A DNA stretch of 64,000 nucleotides from Nitrospinaceae bacterium (GTDB lineage: Bacteria > Nitrospinota > Nitrospinia > Nitrospinales > Nitrospinaceae). Below are positions 60,555-64,000 of this stretch, one piece after another. The notes beneath the pieces were generated by a model. The model ran no database searches and was not told the origin of the DNA. It saw nothing but the letters and a program-made list of their open reading frames with translations. The first letter of the stretch is position 1. Every line of letters starts with the position of its first letter. A program made the translations under genes and the position numbers. The stretch covers positions 672,001-736,000 of the forward strand of contig OZ250172.1 in NCBI GenBank assembly GCA_965237905.1, given 5' to 3'.

Positions 60555-61238
60555 ATGGGCCACATCTCAAAAGGCCAGGTTCATTTTCTCCTTTTAAAAA
60601 TTCATTCCCTGACCGGCCTGGTCCCCATCGGCCTATTCCTGACGTTCCACCTTCTCATCAATTCCCTAAGGACCGTCGGCGTGCTTCCCTACCAGTGGAG
60701 CATCGACGTGATCAACAACCTTCCCTTTCTGATCTGGATTGAAATATTCTTTATTTATATCCCGCTCCTGTTTCATTCGTTCATGGGATTTTATATCACC
60801 CAGGTCGCGAAGATGAATATCATCCGCTATCGCTATTCCCGCAACTGGATGTACATGTTGCAACGACTGACCGGTGCAGTGGTGTTCGTGTTTCTCATTT
60901 ACCACATGGGAACGACGGTGGCTCCGAAAATATGGAACAGCTATCACCTGTTCGAGGCCGCGCCTTTTCTGATCGACGTCATGAATCAGGAGTTCGCCAC
61001 CTGGACGGGACGGATTATTTATCTTGTGGGTATCCTGAGTGCCACCTTTCATTTCGCCAACGGGCTCTGGGCGTTCTGTATTTCCTGGGGCATCATCGTG
61101 GGGCCGAGGGCGCAACGCAACGCCAGCATCGTGTTCATGCTATTTGGCGGGGCGCTGACGGTCCTCGGGTTTGCCACGGTTCTCGAATTTTCATTGCACC
61201 CGGTTGACGTCGAACCCACTTTCAAGGGAGCCTCCTGA
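60555..61238 (+). CDS. sdhC: Succinate dehydrogenase/fumarate reductase cytochrome b558 subunit
   Basis: KIHSLTGLVPIG, FHSFMG, LQRLTG...YH and FHFANGLW, Bacillus-type 5-TM di-haem anchor. Confidence 0.93.
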   Translation: MGHISKGQVHFLLLKIHSLTGLVPIGLFLTFHLLINSLRTVGVLPYQWSIDVINNLPFLIWIEIFFIYIPLLFHSFMGFYITQVAKMNIIRYRYSRNWMYMLQRLTGAVVFVFLIYHMGTTVAPKIWNSYHLFEAAPFLIDVMNQEFATWTGRIIYLVGILSATFHFANGLWAFCISWGIIVGPRAQRNASIVFMLFGGALTVLGFATVLEFSLHPVDVEPTFKGAS

Positions 61239-63178
61239 TGAGGAAACGGAGACCGCACTATATTGTGATCGGCGGAGGCCTGGCCGGGTTGGCGGTCACC
61301 ATGAAATTGTGCGAAGACAAAGCGAAGGTGACTCTCGTTTCCTACCAACCCGTGAAGCGGTCCCACTCCGTCTGTGCCCAGGGCGGTATCAACGCCGCCA
61401 TTGACACCAAGGGCGAAGGCGATTCACCGGAAACGCATTTTTATGACACTGTTAAAGGAGGCGATTTTCTGGCACATCAGCCATTAGTGCGCGATATGTG
61501 CCACCAGGCCCCGGCCATCATTCACCTCATGGACCGGTTGGGAGTCGCTTTCAACCGGACACCGGAGGGGCATCTCGAATTCCGCCGGTTCGGCGGCACC
61601 CTCTATTCACGCACCGCATTTGCCGGAGCCACCACTGGACAACAATTACTGTACGCCCTCGACGAACAGGTCCGGCGGTACGAACACGACGGGCAGGTCC
61701 AAAAACTGGAATGGCACGAATACCTGTCCGCCATTCTCGATTCCGAAGGTATCTGCCGTGGCGCGGTGTTACACGATTTACGCACCGGGGAGATTTTTAC
61801 CGCCAAAGGCGATGCCGTGGTGCTCGCCACCGGCGGTCCGGCGCAGGTTTACGGTAAGACTACCGGCTCCACCGTGTGCAACGGCGTCGCCACCACCTCC
61901 GCCTATCTGCAGGGCGCCAAATACGCCAACGGCGAATTCATCCAGGTGCATCCCACCGCCATCCCCGGCCCGGACAAACTGCGATTGATGAGCGAATCGG
62001 CGCGAGGAGAAGGCGGCCGTATTTGGGTTCCCAGAAAACCGAACGACGAGCGCGACCCGCTCACCATCCCGGAAGAGGAACGCTACTATTTCCTGGAGGA
62101 AAATCATCCGCGTTTCGGCAATCTGGTGCCGCGCGATGTCGCCAGCCGGGAAATCCACGACGTCGTCTACAACAAGGAGCTGGGTGTCAACGGGCAGCCT
62201 ATGGTGTACCTCGACTTGACGCATCAATCCGAACAATTCCTGGAGAACCGGCTGGGCGGCATTCTCGATATCTACACCAAGTTCACCGGCGACGACCCGA
62301 AAAAAGTGCCGATGAAAATTTTTCCGGCCGTGCATTATTCCATGGGCGGCATTTGGACCGATTACGAAGATGAGGGACATGGATTGATCGACCACCAATC
62401 GCCGCGCAACCAGATGACTTCCATTCAGGGGTTATACGCTGCGGGAGAATGCGGCTATCAATTCCACGGGGCCAACCGGCTGGGAGCCAACTCCCTGCTG
62501 AGTTGCATCTACACGGGACTCATGATGGGCCCCGGATTGATCAGTTACAGCAAAAACCTTCGCACGCATTTTGAGGACGTGCCTTCGACCGTGTTCGACC
62601 AAGCCCGCGACCAGTGGCGGGAACGATTCGAGGCCATCAAAAAAATGAAGGGCAAGGAAAACCCATACGCGCTTCACCAGGATATGGGGAACATCCTGCT
62701 GGCGAATGTGCTGATCGTCCGGGAAAACTCCAAACTGGAGAAAGCCCTGACCCAGATCAGCGATCTGGAGGTCCGGTTCAATGACGTGCAATGCCTGGAC
62801 ACAACGCACTGGTCCAACCCGGCACCCAGCATGATCCAGCAGTTGCACTGCCAGATTCAGCTCGCTAAAATCATCACCCAGGGAGCATTGGTCCGGAACG
62901 AGTTTCGCGGGGCGCATTACAAACCGGAATACGATTTGAACCAGCCCGCTGATTTCGATCCGCATGAATACGTCGAGTACATTGAGAAAAAACAATACGG
63001 CGAAATCCGGGAGGAAGAATTCCCCACCGGACACGCCGCTTACATGAAACGCTTCGAGGAATGCAACGAGCAATGGTTGAAGACGACCATCGCCGAACAC
63101 AAAAATCATCAGCCGGAGATCAGCTTTGAAGAGGTGAACACTTCATTAGTCCAACCCCGGCCCCGAAAATACGATTGA
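61238..63178 (+). CDS. sdhA: Succinate dehydrogenase/fumarate reductase flavoprotein
   Basis: GGGLAG, RSHSVCAQGGIN, QVHPT, SESARGEGG, HYSMGG and HGANRLGANSL. Confidence 0.97.
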   Translation: MRKRRPHYIVIGGGLAGLAVTMKLCEDKAKVTLVSYQPVKRSHSVCAQGGINAAIDTKGEGDSPETHFYDTVKGGDFLAHQPLVRDMCHQAPAIIHLMDRLGVAFNRTPEGHLEFRRFGGTLYSRTAFAGATTGQQLLYALDEQVRRYEHDGQVQKLEWHEYLSAILDSEGICRGAVLHDLRTGEIFTAKGDAVVLATGGPAQVYGKTTGSTVCNGVATTSAYLQGAKYANGEFIQVHPTAIPGPDKLRLMSESARGEGGRIWVPRKPNDERDPLTIPEEERYYFLEENHPRFGNLVPRDVASREIHDVVYNKELGVNGQPMVYLDLTHQSEQFLENRLGGILDIYTKFTGDDPKKVPMKIFPAVHYSMGGIWTDYEDEGHGLIDHQSPRNQMTSIQGLYAAGECGYQFHGANRLGANSLLSCIYTGLMMGPGLISYSKNLRTHFEDVPSTVFDQARDQWRERFEAIKKMKGKENPYALHQDMGNILLANVLIVRENSKLEKALTQISDLEVRFNDVQCLDTTHWSNPAPSMIQQLHCQIQLAKIITQGALVRNEFRGAHYKPEYDLNQPADFDPHEYVEYIEKKQYGEIREEEFPTGHAAYMKRFEECNEQWLKTTIAEHKNHQPEISFEEVNTSLVQPRPRKYD

Positions 63179-63187
63179 AGGTGAACC

Positions 63188-63940
63188 ATGCCCGACGATA
63201 AAACCATCCGTTTGAAAATCAAACGTCAGGATCAACCAGACACCAAATCTTACTGGCAGGAATTCGATTTGCCCTACAAACCCCGGGCCAACGTCATCTC
63301 CTGCCTCATGGACATTCAGATGCACCCGGCCACACGGCAAGGGCAGGAAGTGACCCCTGTGGTGTGGGAGTGCAATTGTCTGGAGGAAGTGTGCGGTGCC
63401 TGCACCATGGTGATTAATGGCAAAGTGCGCCAAGCCTGTACTGCGCTGGTGGATGCCCTGCCCCAACCCATCGTGCTGGAACCCATGTCCAAATTTCCTA
63501 TCGTTCGCGACCTGCATGTGGACCGGAGCCGCATGTTTGAAAATCTCAAGAAGGTCAAAGCGTGGATTCATATCGATGGGACCTACGACATTGGCGAGGG
63601 TCCGGTGGTTCCGGAAAAACAACGGGCTAAGGCTTACCTGCTGTCCGAATGCATGACCTGCGGATGTTGCCTGGAAGCCTGCCCCCAATTCACCAAGGAC
63701 AACAATTTCATGGGAGCCTCCACCTTCAGCCAGGTCCGTCTCTTCAATATGCACCCCACCGGCGCCATGGAATCGGAGGAGCGATTGGAGACGGTGATGG
63801 GCGAAGGCGGTATCGCTGATTGCGGCAACGCACAGGTGTGCGTCGAGGTGTGCCCGAAGAAAATCCCATTAACCGAATCGATCGCAGAAATTGGGCGGGA
63901 GACCACACTACAATTGTTGAAAAACCTGTTTTTAAAGTGA
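63188..63940 (+). CDS. sdhB: Succinate dehydrogenase/fumarate reductase iron-sulfur subunit
   Basis: CLEEVCGAC, CMTCGCCLEACP and CGNAQVCVEVCP. Confidence 0.97.
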   Translation: MPDDKTIRLKIKRQDQPDTKSYWQEFDLPYKPRANVISCLMDIQMHPATRQGQEVTPVVWECNCLEEVCGACTMVINGKVRQACTALVDALPQPIVLEPMSKFPIVRDLHVDRSRMFENLKKVKAWIHIDGTYDIGEGPVVPEKQRAKAYLLSECMTCGCCLEACPQFTKDNNFMGASTFSQVRLFNMHPTGAMESEERLETVMGEGGIADCGNAQVCVEVCPKKIPLTESIAEIGRETTLQLLKNLFLK

Positions 63941-64000
63941 TTAAACCTTTCCCGGTGCCCGATTTTTATTTAATTCCACCAGCCAGTCTGATATTATTAA

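Overview
64 kb of mostly housekeeping chromosome from a diderm bacterium (LPS gene lpxD, Lol system) with moderately high GC. The gene mix (rny, zapA-6S RNA-ygfA, Bacillus-type di-haem SdhCAB, complex I operon plus an extra nuoN, haem-FGE fusion, exported LRR and FG-GAP proteins) suggests a Nitrospinota or deltaproteobacteria-like organism; this is inference, not a database result. Contents: nuoABCDEFG (nuoG runs off the left edge), a ParDE-type toxin-antitoxin pair, DUF4159 and GATase/vWA genes, a phnW-like aminotransferase, an orphan nuoN, dtd, a lipoate ligase, mscS, two AT-rich GT-C-like paralogues, thpR-recA-recX-pilD, accA, lpxD, lolD-lolC/E, lysS, rny, ygfA, 6S RNA, zapAB, pheT, rnr, a frameshifted comEC, a GGDEF protein, gatCA, a muramidase, HU and sdhCAB. 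I saw no rRNA, tRNA, CRISPR array, integrase or transposase. The most notable unexplained structure is a pair of integrase-free micro-islands, each sitting between two diverged copies of a host gene's 3' end: the TA pair (6934-7667) and a TM/Zn-ribbon ORF after rnr (49914-50430). Other candidates are a di-haem cytochrome c fused to an FGE domain that keeps a CX4C pair, tandem GT-C paralogues with near-identical ends and a diverged middle, a dispersed ~80-bp intergenic element, and an HU with a likely C-terminal degron.
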